Shown: positions 44,976-56,430 of the stretch, one piece after another
How positions within the stretch are numbered: the first letter of the stretch is position 1
How the letters are laid out: each line of letters begins with the position of its first letter
Assembly (NCBI GenBank): GCA_035549195.1
Contig: DASZRK010000055.1
Coordinates: 7,231 to 71,230 of the forward strand
DNA from: a bacterium
GTDB taxonomy: Bacteria; Oederibacteriota; Muellerivitia; Muellerivitales; Muellerivitaceae
Reading direction: 5' to 3'
Length of the DNA: 64,000 nt
The notes under the pieces: generated by a model
What the model was told of the DNA's origin: nothing
Databases searched by the model: none
Seen by the model: the letters and a program-made list of their open reading frames with translations, nothing else
Program-made: the position numbers and the translations under genes

Positions 44976-46724
44976 TTGGATCTGTCTTTCTGGACCGAAC
45001 GGTTGATGAAGGTCCCCGGAGCCCAGGGGACCAAGGCGCACCTCTTGGCGCAGGGCCACACCGAACAGGAGGCGACCTTCGGCGGGGCCATCGTCGGGGC
45101 CCTGGGGATCTTCCTGGGCGTCATCCTTTTCAATTCCTTCATTTATGGGATCATCCGCGGGTTCTTCGACCAGGCCTGGGCCTATTGCCTGGAGAACCCG
45201 GTGGAAGCCACCTTGGCGGGGATCTTCGCCACCCTTCTCTTCCTGGCGGTCCTCTTCAAATGGATGGGCCATAGCTCCCAAAAGAAGATCGAGTCGGCCC
45301 AGCAAACCCGCCGGGACCGTCACCGCATGGAGGAGAAACGGGACTACCTGCGCAAGGGGGCCATGGGGAACTTCGAGGAGATATTCCGCTACTTCCTCAA
45401 GGAAACACGGCCCGACCTCGAGGTGAAGACCTGCCACGTGGTGGACAACATCCCGCGGATCCTGTTCCTGGCCCGGCGGTTCAACACCGAACTGGGCGGT
45501 GACGTGGGGAAGAACTACAACCTTTTTCGCGACGCCCTCTTCCAGGATACCTTGGACCTTCTCGGGGCCGCTTTCGACCTGGCCGAGAACATTCCCGCGG
45601 TCATCGTGGACGCCCAAATGAACTTCATCAGCGGTAAGGCCAAGTATTACGAGGGATCGGTCCTGAGCGTGAAGGCCCAGCGGGACGTCTTCCTCCACGC
45701 CCGGGGCAAGAAAACGGCCCCCTTCAAGGCCCTGACCTCCTTTGACCTACGCTACAACGACGGTATGGAGGTCAAGTCCATCCCCCAGGAGGAAAGCAAG
45801 CAGGCCCGGGTCCTGGAAAGGATCAAGGAGAACGCGCCCAGGTTGAACGTGCGTTATGAGGCGCCCAAGGCCAAGGCCGATGACGGGTGGGAGAAGCCCA
45901 AGGAGATCGCCGAGCCCGAGGTCATCCAGGAGACGACCCGGGGGAAGGAAATGAGCGCGCTGTCCCTGTCCCAATTCCAGGACCTGGTCCTCGGCGTCCT
46001 GGCCAAAATGAGCTTCGCGGTCCAAAAGGTGAAGAAGGTGCCCGGCGGGACGCTCCAGATCCAGGTGGATTTCGCCCATCCGGTGGTGGGGGGCAGTTTC
46101 CTGGTCCTGGCCCGCCAATATCCGGAGACCGCTCCGGTGCACGCCGACCTCATCCGGGAACTGGACGAAGTCACCCGCGAGGAGGCGTGCAAACGAGGCA
46201 TCTATATCGTGACCGGGCGCTATACCGAGGAGGCCCGCAACATCACCCGGAAGATGGCGGTGGACCTGGTGGACGGGGCCCGGTTGGAGGAACTCGTCGC
46301 GGGCCCGCCCTATGACGGACGCTGGACCTTCCGGATCGTGGATGAGAAGGGGGTGGTCCAGGACCTGTCCCGGATGCCCCTCTTGAGCTTCGAGAAGGAA
46401 ACGGACCTTTTCTTGAAAAGCATGGGGTTCCGCGTGGAGAAGATCCGGCGCCAGCCGGGAGGGTCCGTCGTGGCCGTGGCCCAATATCCCCACCCGGTGG
46501 TCGGGGGCAAGTTCTGCGTGATGGCCAAGCAATTCCAGGCGAGCGAGACCGTTTCCCCGGAGTTCGTCAGCGAGATGAGCCATGTGATGAAGGCGGAGTT
46601 CTGCGACCGGGGCTTGTTGATGGTGACGACGGCCATCGGCCAGGAGGCCCGGGCCTTGGCCCGTTTCTCGAACGTGGACCTGGTGGACCGGAACACCTGG
46701 GAGAACCTGCGGCGCCAGATCTGA
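44976..46724 (+). CDS. Membrane-anchored protein with two tandem Mrr-type restriction-endonuclease-like domains
   Basis: GGAGG SD 6 nt before TTG 44976; two N-terminal TMs; two internal repeats (F...........MGF.V.K, HPVVGG.F...A(R/K)Q(Y/F), RG..V.T, VDLVD). Confidence 0.75.
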   Translation: MDLSFWTERLMKVPGAQGTKAHLLAQGHTEQEATFGGAIVGALGIFLGVILFNSFIYGIIRGFFDQAWAYCLENPVEATLAGIFATLLFLAVLFKWMGHSSQKKIESAQQTRRDRHRMEEKRDYLRKGAMGNFEEIFRYFLKETRPDLEVKTCHVVDNIPRILFLARRFNTELGGDVGKNYNLFRDALFQDTLDLLGAAFDLAENIPAVIVDAQMNFISGKAKYYEGSVLSVKAQRDVFLHARGKKTAPFKALTSFDLRYNDGMEVKSIPQEESKQARVLERIKENAPRLNVRYEAPKAKADDGWEKPKEIAEPEVIQETTRGKEMSALSLSQFQDLVLGVLAKMSFAVQKVKKVPGGTLQIQVDFAHPVVGGSFLVLARQYPETAPVHADLIRELDEVTREEACKRGIYIVTGRYTEEARNITRKMAVDLVDGARLEELVAGPPYDGRWTFRIVDEKGVVQDLSRMPLLSFEKETDLFLKSMGFRVEKIRRQPGGSVVAVAQYPHPVVGGKFCVMAKQFQASETVSPEFVSEMSHVMKAEFCDRGLLMVTTAIGQEARALARFSNVDLVDRNTWENLRRQI

Positions 46725-46856
46725 CGGTCCTCCGGGGCCGGGACGCGAGAGCGAACACCACGGTAAATTTAGGGAAGGCGAAAAGGCCAGTCCCTTGACA
46801 GGACCCCGAAGTCAAAGTATCAGTATCCCAAGTGAATTTTCCACAGGAGGATCCCC

Positions 46857-47276
46857 TTGCCCCGTAAGCGTGGTCATGAGGATGACGAAGATCTCGTCGA
46901 GGACGATCTGGAGGATGATGACGATCAGGTCGAGGACGATGAGGATGATGAAGAGGATGACGACGACGATGACACCATCGACCTGGACCAGGCGGAGGAA
47001 GAGGAAAAAGAGGACGAGGACGATTCCGACGATGATGACGAGGACGGCGAGTCCGTGGACACGATCGAGCGCCGCCGGCTCTTCCAGAACGAGGCCGAGG
47101 AGCTCCTGGAGAACATGACCCTGGAGGACGTGCGGGAGGTCCTCCGGGAGAACGAGCTGGATGAGAGCCAGGCCCAACGCCTGCGCAAGCTCCTGAACGA
47201 GGTGGTGGACGAGGGGGAGGTCGTTTCCATGGACGAAGCCTGGGAAGAGGCCTTGGAGCGTTTGGAGGAGGAATGA
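46857..47276 (+). CDS. Hyper-acidic hypothetical protein
   Basis: GGAGG SD, TTG start; 70 of 139 residues are D/E (counted); upstream TTGACA at 46795; its own terminator. Confidence 0.8.
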   Translation: MPRKRGHEDDEDLVEDDLEDDDDQVEDDEDDEEDDDDDDTIDLDQAEEEEKEDEDDSDDDDEDGESVDTIERRRLFQNEAEELLENMTLEDVREVLRENELDESQAQRLRKLLNEVVDEGEVVSMDEAWEEALERLEEE

Positions 47277-47288
47277 AGTTCCGCATGG

Positions 47289-47318
47289 GCCCGGAGGCGA
47301 CCCCTCCGGGCTTTTTTT
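47289..47318 (+). terminator. Intrinsic terminator
   Basis: GCCCGGAGG-cgacc-CCTCCGGGC followed by TTTTTTT. Confidence 0.88.
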
Positions 47319-47367
47319 ATTTCGGGTCCCTTCGGCCCCTTTGGGGCCTGTGTTACACTCTAGCCCC

Positions 47368-47898
47368 ATGATCCAACGTTATTTCCAAGACATGCGCTCC
47401 CTTTGGCTCGATCCTTCCGGATTTTTCGCCCGTTCCCCGGAACGCTTGAACGAGAAGGAGGCGTTCCGTTTCGCCAACCTGACGGGCCTGGCCATCGCGC
47501 TGGAGCTGGGGCTGGTGGAGATCCTTTCCGGGAGCTCCTGGATGAACGTGGTCCTGGTGACCCTGGTCATGTTCCTGGCCTTGCCCTTCCTCGTGAACGC
47601 CTGGATCTATCTTTGGGACGGTTTCCTGCGGCTTTGCGCTTTCCTGCTGGGGGAGAAGGTCCCCTTCACGGAGACCCGCTCCGTGGTGGCCTATTCGCTG
47701 GGCGGGTTCCTTTTCGTCGGCATCGGTTTCGGGGTCGGGAAGTGGTTGGCGCTGGCGACCTTCCTTTTCCAGGTCCTGGGACTGGAGAAAAGCCTGAAAT
47801 GCTCCCGTTGGACCGCGGGCGTTTTGGTCCTTTTTCCCCTATCCCTGGTCCTGGTGTTGGTGGTCTTCACCCTTTTCATGTTCAAGGTCTTCCAATGA
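47368..47898 (+). CDS. Hypothetical membrane protein (Yip1-like)
   Basis: About five hydrophobic segments; SLWLDPSGFF resembles the Yip1-type N-terminus. Confidence 0.65.
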   Translation: MIQRYFQDMRSLWLDPSGFFARSPERLNEKEAFRFANLTGLAIALELGLVEILSGSSWMNVVLVTLVMFLALPFLVNAWIYLWDGFLRLCAFLLGEKVPFTETRSVVAYSLGGFLFVGIGFGVGKWLALATFLFQVLGLEKSLKCSRWTAGVLVLFPLSLVLVLVVFTLFMFKVFQ

Positions 47899-48203
47899 GC
47901 CCCCGGGCCCGCCGCGCTTCGACCCGGCCCCCCGCGCCTGTTCCCTCGGCGGGAGGATCGATCACCGAATACCGGCTGGTCTGGTACCTGCTCTCTTTCT
48001 GCGTGCCCTTCGCCGGGATCCTGGTGGCCCTTTTCCTTTACGACCGGGACGAAAAGGAGGTCCGGCGCATCGGCCGGAACTGCCTCCTGATCGGTTTCGT
48101 GTTCTGGGTCCTTTTGCCCCTCTTGGTCGGGTTCCTCCTGGTGGTCATCGCGCTCTTTTCCATGGCGGGATGGGTCTCGGACGTGATGGACGCGGCGGAT
48201 TAA
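47895..48203 (+). CDS. Small hypothetical membrane protein
   Basis: ATGA overlap with the upstream stop; two to three TM segments (SFCVPFAGIL, CLLIG). Confidence 0.7.
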   Translation: MSPRARRASTRPPAPVPSAGGSITEYRLVWYLLSFCVPFAGILVALFLYDRDEKEVRRIGRNCLLIGFVFWVLLPLLVGFLLVVIALFSMAGWVSDVMDAAD

Positions 48204-48233
48204 GCCTTTCCTCGGGCGTTCCTGGAGGCTCCT

Positions 48234-48965
48234 TTGAAGACCCTTCTGATCAGCGGCGGGACCAGGGGCATCGGACTCGCCATCGCCCGCGCTTTCCTCC
48301 GGAAGGGCTGGGCCCTCTCGACCTGCTACCATTCGGATGAGGTTTCCGCCCAAGCGGCGGCCGTGGAATTCACCGCCCTGGGGGGCGATTTCCAGGTCGT
48401 CAAGGCCGACATGGGAAAGGAAGCCGAGGTCCGGGCCTGGGTCGCCGGCGCCCTGGAACGTTGGGGCCGCCTGGATTGCGTCCTTCACAATGCCGGGGCC
48501 ACCTGGAACGCCCGCCTTCTGAACGTGGAAGAAACCGAATGGAAGGCCACCATGGATGTCCATCTCAAGGGGGCCTACCTGATGACCCAAGCCGCCTTGA
48601 AGCCCATGCTCAAACAGAAGGACGGCCACTTCATCTTCATTTCCTCCATCGTGGCGACCACCGGCAATATCGGCCAGGGGGCCTATACGGCGGCCAAAGC
48701 GGGCATGCTGGGTTTTGCCCGGAGCCTGGCCCAGGAATATGGGGGAAGGAACCTGCGGGCCAACGTGGTCTTTCCGGGTTTCCACAAGACCCGGATCGCG
48801 GACAACCTTTCCCCGGAGGCCGAGGAGGCCATCCGCCAGCGGCACCTTTTGGGGCGAACGGCGGACCTGGGCGAGGTGGCGGAGTTCGTGACCTGGCTTG
48901 CGGGGACGAAGAACATCTCGGGCCAGGTCTTCAACCTGGATTCCCGCCTGCCCGGCTGGCTTTGA
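48234..48965 (+). CDS. fabG: 3-oxoacyl-ACP reductase-like SDR
   Basis: Motifs ISGGTRGIG, HNAG, YTAAKAG (YxxxK), N.V.PGFHKT, SGQV. Confidence 0.82.
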   Translation: MKTLLISGGTRGIGLAIARAFLRKGWALSTCYHSDEVSAQAAAVEFTALGGDFQVVKADMGKEAEVRAWVAGALERWGRLDCVLHNAGATWNARLLNVEETEWKATMDVHLKGAYLMTQAALKPMLKQKDGHFIFISSIVATTGNIGQGAYTAAKAGMLGFARSLAQEYGGRNLRANVVFPGFHKTRIADNLSPEAEEAIRQRHLLGRTADLGEVAEFVTWLAGTKNISGQVFNLDSRLPGWL

Positions 48966-50143
48966 TGCCCGAACCCATCGTGGTGACGGGATGGGGCGCG
49001 GTGACCCCCTTGGGGCCCGATTCCCAGAGGACTTGGGAGGGTCTTTGGTCCGAGGAGAAACCCTACCGTCGTTTGAAGGGCGGCGAGTGGGACGCCTTCG
49101 AGGAGCCCAAGGCGGCCTATGCCATCGAAGGATGGACGCCTGACAAGCTGCTGTCCCGGGATCGTTCCCTGAAACTTGCCTATGTTTGTTCGGAGGAAGC
49201 CTGGAAGATGGCGGGTCTCTACAAAGTCGCGCCGGGACGTATCGCGACCACTTTTTCCTCGAGCAAAGGGGGAGTCCTCAGCCTCCTGGCCGCCGCAGGG
49301 GACCCGCCTCCCGAATGGGATTTCCTCAGCGACTTTTTTCCCCATGCCAGCGGCAAGCTCCTGAGGGAAAGGTTCGGTTTCGCCGGACCTTCCCTGTCCG
49401 TGACCTCGGCCTGTTCCACGGGGATCGGGAGCATCGCCATGGGCGCGCGTCTTTTGGAGGACGGGGACTGCGACGCGGTCCTGACCGGGACGACCGAATC
49501 CTCCATCCACCCCCTGATCTACGCAGGTTTCCAGAACATGGGGGTCCTGAGCCGCAGGGATGAGGGGCCGGCGCCCTTCGATAGGGCCAGGGATGGTTTC
49601 CGCATGGGCGAAGGCGCCGCCATGCTGGTCCTGGAAAGGGAGCGGACGGCGAGGAAAAGGAAGGCGAAAGTGCTGGCCAGGCTTTCGGGATGGGCCTTGG
49701 GCGCCGACGCCCATGGGATGCTGGAAATGGAACCCAAAGGGGATACCATCATTCCCTTGGTCCTGCGCGCCTTGGATCGGGCGGGCCTCCAACCCTCCGA
49801 TATAGGCTATATCAATGCCCATGGCACGGGGACGCGTTTGAACGACCTGGTCGAAAGCCGGGCCTTGAAACGGGTTTTTGGGGAGGACGGCCCTTGGGTC
49901 AGTTCCACCAAAGGGGCCACGGGCCATCTCTTGGGCGCGGCGGGCAGCGTGGAGGCGGTCCTGGCCGCCATGGTGCTGGAAAAGGGACGGGTGCCCGATA
50001 CGAGGAACCTCCAGGACCCGGACCCTGAATGCCATTTGCGCCATGTTCCCAAAGGGGGCGTGGAAGAGAAATTGGACCATGTCATGTCCCTTTCTTATGG
50101 GTTCGGGGGGCAATTGGGGGCTGTGATCTTTTCCAGGGCCTGA
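48965..50143 (+). CDS. fabF: Beta-ketoacyl-ACP synthase (FabF-like)
   Basis: Motifs VVTGWGAVTPLG, SACSTG (catalytic Cys), PFDRARDGF.MGEGA, NAHGTGT.LND, STKGATGHLLGAAG, SYGFGG. Confidence 0.88.
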   Translation: MPEPIVVTGWGAVTPLGPDSQRTWEGLWSEEKPYRRLKGGEWDAFEEPKAAYAIEGWTPDKLLSRDRSLKLAYVCSEEAWKMAGLYKVAPGRIATTFSSSKGGVLSLLAAAGDPPPEWDFLSDFFPHASGKLLRERFGFAGPSLSVTSACSTGIGSIAMGARLLEDGDCDAVLTGTTESSIHPLIYAGFQNMGVLSRRDEGPAPFDRARDGFRMGEGAAMLVLERERTARKRKAKVLARLSGWALGADAHGMLEMEPKGDTIIPLVLRALDRAGLQPSDIGYINAHGTGTRLNDLVESRALKRVFGEDGPWVSSTKGATGHLLGAAGSVEAVLAAMVLEKGRVPDTRNLQDPDPECHLRHVPKGGVEEKLDHVMSLSYGFGGQLGAVIFSRA

Positions 50144-50153
50144 AAGGTTTTCG

Positions 50154-50569
50154 GTGAAAATAAGAACGGCACAACTCGAGGACAGTTCATTGCTGGCTTT
50201 GATGAATCGCCGTCTCATCCGGGACTCGGGGCATCGTAATTCCATGAATGCCGCTCAATTGAACCGCCGAATGCGGGGGTGGCTTCGGGGCGAATATAAG
50301 GGGTGTGTTTTTGAAGAAGCCGGGTCTGCGCTTGGATATTGCATTTACCGCAAGGAAAAGGAATTCCTTTATATCCGTCAGTTCTATATCGAGCCCGCAC
50401 ACCGGAGGAAAGGATTGGGGTTGCGGGCCTTGAGGGTTCTTCGGAAGACGGTCTGGAAAAAGTACCCCCTCCTTCGGATGGATGTGTTGGTCGATAACGG
50501 GCCGGGGGTCCGCTTTTGGCGGGCGGCAGGTTTCCGCGATTACTGCTTAACTTTGGAGAGTGATAATCG

Positions 50570-50573
<4 letters not shown>
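50154..50573 (+). CDS. GNAT family N-acetyltransferase
   Basis: Motifs IRQFYIEPAHRRKGLG, N..GVRFWRA.GF. Overlaps the bioF start (ATGA). Confidence 0.85.
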
Positions 50574-52458
<1,885 letters not shown>

Positions 52459-52462
52459 AAAA

Positions 52463-53851
52463 ATGGACCACCGAACACTTTCCCGAAAAGATAAAAAATA
52501 CCTCTGGCATCCCTTTACCCAGCAACAGGAATGGGAAAGGGACCCGGATATCACCATCCTCACCCGGGGCAAAGGAACTTATCTTTACGATGCCAAGGGA
52601 AGGCGATACCTGGACGGCGTCTCATCCCTCTGGTGCAACGTCCATGGTCACCAAGTGCCTGTCATCGACCGGGCCATCCAACGCCAACTAAAAAAAATAG
52701 CCCACTCCACCCTGCTCGGCGCTTCCAACGAGCCGGCCATCCTGCTGGCGGAAAAACTCGTTCAAATGGCGCCCAGGGGACTGACCCGGGTCTTCTATTC
52801 CGATTCCGGTTCCGAGGCCAACGAGATCGCCATGAAGATGGCTTTCCAGTACTGGCAACAGGCCCGTCCGACCCCCGCTGGTCCGGGGCGGACGGGACGC
52901 CGTTCAAAAAAGGACCTGTTCCTGACGGTTCGAGAGGGCTATCACGGGGACACGGTGGGGTCGGTCAGCCTGGGAGGGATCGACCTTTTCCATGGCATCT
53001 TTGGACCGCTCCTTTTTAAGACGCTCAAGGTCAAAAGTCCCCATGAATACCCGAGCCGCCACGTTTCGAACGAGGATTGGTTGAAGGATTGTGTCCGGGA
53101 AGCGGAAGGCGTTTTCCGGAAATATGGGTCCCGGTTGGCGGCGGTCCATATGGAGCCGCTCATCGAAGGGGCGGGAGGGATGCTGCTCCATCCCTGGGGT
53201 TACCTGAAGGCCATCCGCCGTCTTTGCGACCGCCATGACGTGCTCCTGATCCTGGACGAGGTGGCGACCGGCTTTGGACGCACGGGAACGATGTTCGCCT
53301 GCGACCAGGAGAATGTCCGGCCCGATATCCTTTGCCTGGCCAAGAACCTGACCGGAGGTTACTTGCCGGTGGCGGCGACCCTGACCTCGGAAAAGGTCTA
53401 CCGGGCGTTCCTCGGCAAATTCGAGTCGGGACGGACCTTCTATCATGGCCATACCTTCACGGGGAACCAGTTGGGTTGCGCGGCGGCCTTGGCGAACGTG
53501 GGCCTTTATGAGCGCAAAGGCTTCATGGCTTCCGTGGCGCGAAAGGCCGGGCTGCTCCAGGACTGGGTGGCGTCCCTGGAGGATCATCCCCATGTGGGCG
53601 AGGTCCGATTGAGGGGGCTGATGGGTGGCATCGAGCTGGTGAAGGACAAGAAGAAGGGAATCCCGTACCCATATGCCTTGAAGATGGGTCATCGCGTTTG
53701 CGCCGAAGCCAAGAAGCGAGGGGTGCTCCTGCGGCCCTTGGGGAATGTCATCGTCCTGATGCCGCCTTTGGCCATATCCGAAACCGACCTGAAGCGGTTG
53801 ATCAAGGTCATTACGGAAAGCATCGAAACGGCGACCCAGGTTCGCTTTTAA
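52463..53851 (+). CDS. bioA: Adenosylmethionine-8-amino-7-oxononanoate aminotransferase
   Basis: Motifs LWHPFTQ, DGVSSLW...HGH, DSGSEA.EIAMKMA, YHGDT, DEVATGFGRTG, AKNLTGG, HGHTF.GN, LRPLG. Confidence 0.95.
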   Translation: MDHRTLSRKDKKYLWHPFTQQQEWERDPDITILTRGKGTYLYDAKGRRYLDGVSSLWCNVHGHQVPVIDRAIQRQLKKIAHSTLLGASNEPAILLAEKLVQMAPRGLTRVFYSDSGSEANEIAMKMAFQYWQQARPTPAGPGRTGRRSKKDLFLTVREGYHGDTVGSVSLGGIDLFHGIFGPLLFKTLKVKSPHEYPSRHVSNEDWLKDCVREAEGVFRKYGSRLAAVHMEPLIEGAGGMLLHPWGYLKAIRRLCDRHDVLLILDEVATGFGRTGTMFACDQENVRPDILCLAKNLTGGYLPVAATLTSEKVYRAFLGKFESGRTFYHGHTFTGNQLGCAAALANVGLYERKGFMASVARKAGLLQDWVASLEDHPHVGEVRLRGLMGGIELVKDKKKGIPYPYALKMGHRVCAEAKKRGVLLRPLGNVIVLMPPLAISETDLKRLIKVITESIETATQVRF

Positions 53852-53879
53852 AAGCCCCTGTGCTACAGTAAGCCACCCT

Positions 53880-55256
53880 ATGGCCCCTTCCGCTCCCAAA
53901 ACATCCGGCCCCACCAAGACCGTCGCGGTCATCAGTTTGGGCTGTCCCAAGAACACCGTGGATTCCGAGGTGATGCTGGGGAAGCTCGCCCAGGACCATT
54001 ATTCCCTCGTCAAGGACCCCGCCCAAGCGGAGGTGGTCATCGTCAATACCTGCGGCTTCATCGAAGCCTCCAAGAAGGAGTCCATCGATACCATCCTGGG
54101 GGTCGCCAAGCTCCGCAAGACCGGCAAGCTGAAGTCCCTCGTGGTGGGGGGGTGCCTGGCCCACCGCTATGGGGACGAACTCAAGAAGGAACTTCCCGAG
54201 ATCGACATCCTTTTCGGCCTGAACGACGTGGAGGACGTTTCCAGGCAGATCGCCGGCAAGTCGAAAACGACGGTCGATGCGCCGAAGCCCATGCTTCCCG
54301 AGTCGCTTTCCGAGGCCACCTATGTTTATGACGCATCCTCGCCCCGCTTGCTCTCCACCCCGGGCCATTTCGCCTATGTGAAGATCTCGGAGGGGTGCGA
54401 TCTGCCCTGCACCTTCTGCATCATCCCCAAGATCCGGGGACACTACCGCAGCCGCTCCATCGAGGATATCGAGCAGGAGGCCGGGAACTTGGCCTCCCAG
54501 GGGATCCGGGAGATCTGCCTGGTGGCCCAGGACAGCACCTGGTATGGCGCGGACCGCTATGGGAAGCCCAAGATCGCCCAGTTGCTGGAAAAACTCGCGG
54601 GAGTGAAGGGCCTGGATTGGGTCCGCCTCCATTATCTATATCCCAGCCGGGTGACCGACGAGATGCTCGATGTCATGGCCGCCCATGGCAACATCGCCCC
54701 TTATTTCGATGTGCCCCTCCAGCACGCCAGCGACCGGATCCTCAAGTCCATGCAACGGATCGGGGACCGGGCCCTGCTGGAGCGGATGTTGGACCGTATC
54801 CGCCAAAGGGTGCCGAAAGCCTCCCTCCGTTCCACCTTCATCGTGGGGTTCCCGGGGGAGACGGGCGAGGATTTCGACCAACTCATGGATTTCCTCAAGA
54901 AGGCCCAATTGGATTACGCCGGGTTCTTCGCTTATTCCCAAGAGGAGAACACGCCGGCGGGGATCATGCCGGGCCAGGTGACCGAAGGGATCAAAAAGGC
55001 CCGTTTGGCGGAGGCCTATCGCCTTCAGGAATCCATCGCCGAAAAGGCCCATGGGAAATGGGTCGGCGAGAAACTCCTGGCGGTGGTCGAAAGCGTAGGC
55101 GCCGACGGGGAAGTGCAGGGCCGCACGAAGTACCAGGCCCCGGAAGTGGACGGAGTGGTCCTGATCGAGGGATTGAAAGCCCCCGAACCGGGCCAATGGG
55201 TCGAGGTCGAGATCACCCATACCCTTAACCAAGACCTGGTGGCCAGAGCGGTTTAA
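53880..55256 (+). CDS. rimO: Ribosomal protein S12 methylthiotransferase
   Basis: Motifs SLGCPKN.VDSE, NTCGFI, GGCL, CDLPCTFC.IP, GFPGET, C-terminal TRAM with APEVDG. Confidence 0.93.
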   Translation: MAPSAPKTSGPTKTVAVISLGCPKNTVDSEVMLGKLAQDHYSLVKDPAQAEVVIVNTCGFIEASKKESIDTILGVAKLRKTGKLKSLVVGGCLAHRYGDELKKELPEIDILFGLNDVEDVSRQIAGKSKTTVDAPKPMLPESLSEATYVYDASSPRLLSTPGHFAYVKISEGCDLPCTFCIIPKIRGHYRSRSIEDIEQEAGNLASQGIREICLVAQDSTWYGADRYGKPKIAQLLEKLAGVKGLDWVRLHYLYPSRVTDEMLDVMAAHGNIAPYFDVPLQHASDRILKSMQRIGDRALLERMLDRIRQRVPKASLRSTFIVGFPGETGEDFDQLMDFLKKAQLDYAGFFAYSQEENTPAGIMPGQVTEGIKKARLAEAYRLQESIAEKAHGKWVGEKLLAVVESVGADGEVQGRTKYQAPEVDGVVLIEGLKAPEPGQWVEVEITHTLNQDLVARAV

Positions 55257-55302
55257 AGAGAGCTGTCCGACTTGGACCTTTTCCGGTGCCCCGGAGGGCG
55301 GA

Positions 55303-55956
55303 TTGAGCCGACCGAAACCCCAAAACCGAGCCTCGCGTTGGAACATCGCCAACATCCTGACGTTATCGCGGATCGGCGTCACGCCCCTCTACCTGATCCT
55401 GATCTTCCGGGAGGAAGTCTGGGCCAAGTGGGCGGCGGGCCTTCTTTTTGCCTGGGGGGCCATCAGCGACTACCTGGACGGCTATTACGCCCGAAAATAC
55501 AACCTCAAGACCGACTTTGGGGCCCTCTTGGACCCCTTTGCGGACAAGGTGCTCATCGTTTCGGTCTTCGTTTCCTTCGTGGCCCTGGACCTGGTCCCGG
55601 CCTGGATGGTGGTGATCATGGTGGGGAGGGAATTCCTCATCACGGGGTTCCGCCAGGTGGCCCAGACCCAGAACATCATCCTGGCCGCCAGCCGGGCCGG
55701 GAAGCACAAGACCGTTTCCCAGATCGTGGCCATCTCGGTCATCCTGGCCATCGTCTGCGCCCAGTCCACCGTGGAGGCCTACCAGGGGACCTGGGACCAG
55801 TTCATCCTGCGCCTGGGCGGATGGGGGGAGTTCCTGGACAAGTTCGTGTGGTACGGTCCCTATTGGCTGATGTTCTACGCGACGGTCATGTCCATCATCT
55901 CGGGCGTGGATTACTTCTACAAGAACCGGCACATCCTGGGCGGTCCCAAGCGATGA
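55303..55956 (+). CDS. pgsA: CDP-diacylglycerol--glycerol-3-phosphate 3-phosphatidyltransferase
   Basis: Motifs AN.LT.SRI, DYLDGYYAR, G.LLDP.ADK, REF.ITG.R, GK.KT..Q. Confidence 0.95.
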   Translation: MSRPKPQNRASRWNIANILTLSRIGVTPLYLILIFREEVWAKWAAGLLFAWGAISDYLDGYYARKYNLKTDFGALLDPFADKVLIVSVFVSFVALDLVPAWMVVIMVGREFLITGFRQVAQTQNIILAASRAGKHKTVSQIVAISVILAIVCAQSTVEAYQGTWDQFILRLGGWGEFLDKFVWYGPYWLMFYATVMSIISGVDYFYKNRHILGGPKR

Positions 55957-56408
55957 ACTACCTCTATTTCTGGATCGCGACCTTCCTGGGGGTCGGAAAA
56001 CTTCCGAAGGCTCCCGGGACCTGGGCGTCCCTGGTGGCGGCCATCCTTTTCTACCCTTTGATCGAAACTCCTTGGGTCCTGGGAGGCTTATTGGCCGGCA
56101 TCTTCTTCGTCGGGGTCCTGGCCTGCGACGGCTACTCCAAGGGCCTGAAGGACCCGGACCCTTCCTCCGCCGTCATCGACGAGGTCCTGGGGATGGGGAT
56201 TGCGATGCTGGCCATCCCCAAGGCTTGGCCCTATGTGGTCATGGCTTTCATCCTGTTCCGTCTTTTCGACATCTGGAAGCCCTTCCCGATCCGGCGTTTG
56301 GAGAAGCTTCCCGGAGGATGGGGCATCATGGCCGATGACCTGATGGCGGGACTTTATGCCCGGCTTTGGGTCCAGATCGGCCTTTGGACCATCTATTGGA
56401 TCCAATGA
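55953..56408 (+). CDS. pgpA: Phosphatidylglycerophosphatase A
   Basis: Motifs G..PKAPGTW.S, DP...VIDEV.G, FRLFDIWKP.PI, GG.GIM.DDL.AG. ATG 55953 overlaps the pgsA stop. Confidence 0.93.
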   Translation: MNYLYFWIATFLGVGKLPKAPGTWASLVAAILFYPLIETPWVLGGLLAGIFFVGVLACDGYSKGLKDPDPSSAVIDEVLGMGIAMLAIPKAWPYVVMAFILFRLFDIWKPFPIRRLEKLPGGWGIMADDLMAGLYARLWVQIGLWTIYWIQ

Positions 56409-56430
56409 TGGATTCCCACGGGGGCCTTCC

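Noticed and set aside
47343-47367. GGGGC...TGTTACAC...GCCCC as a possible BirA operator for the biotin operon
   Set aside because: Only a partial half-site is present; there is no TGT(T)AAC-N14-16-GTT(A)ACA pair.
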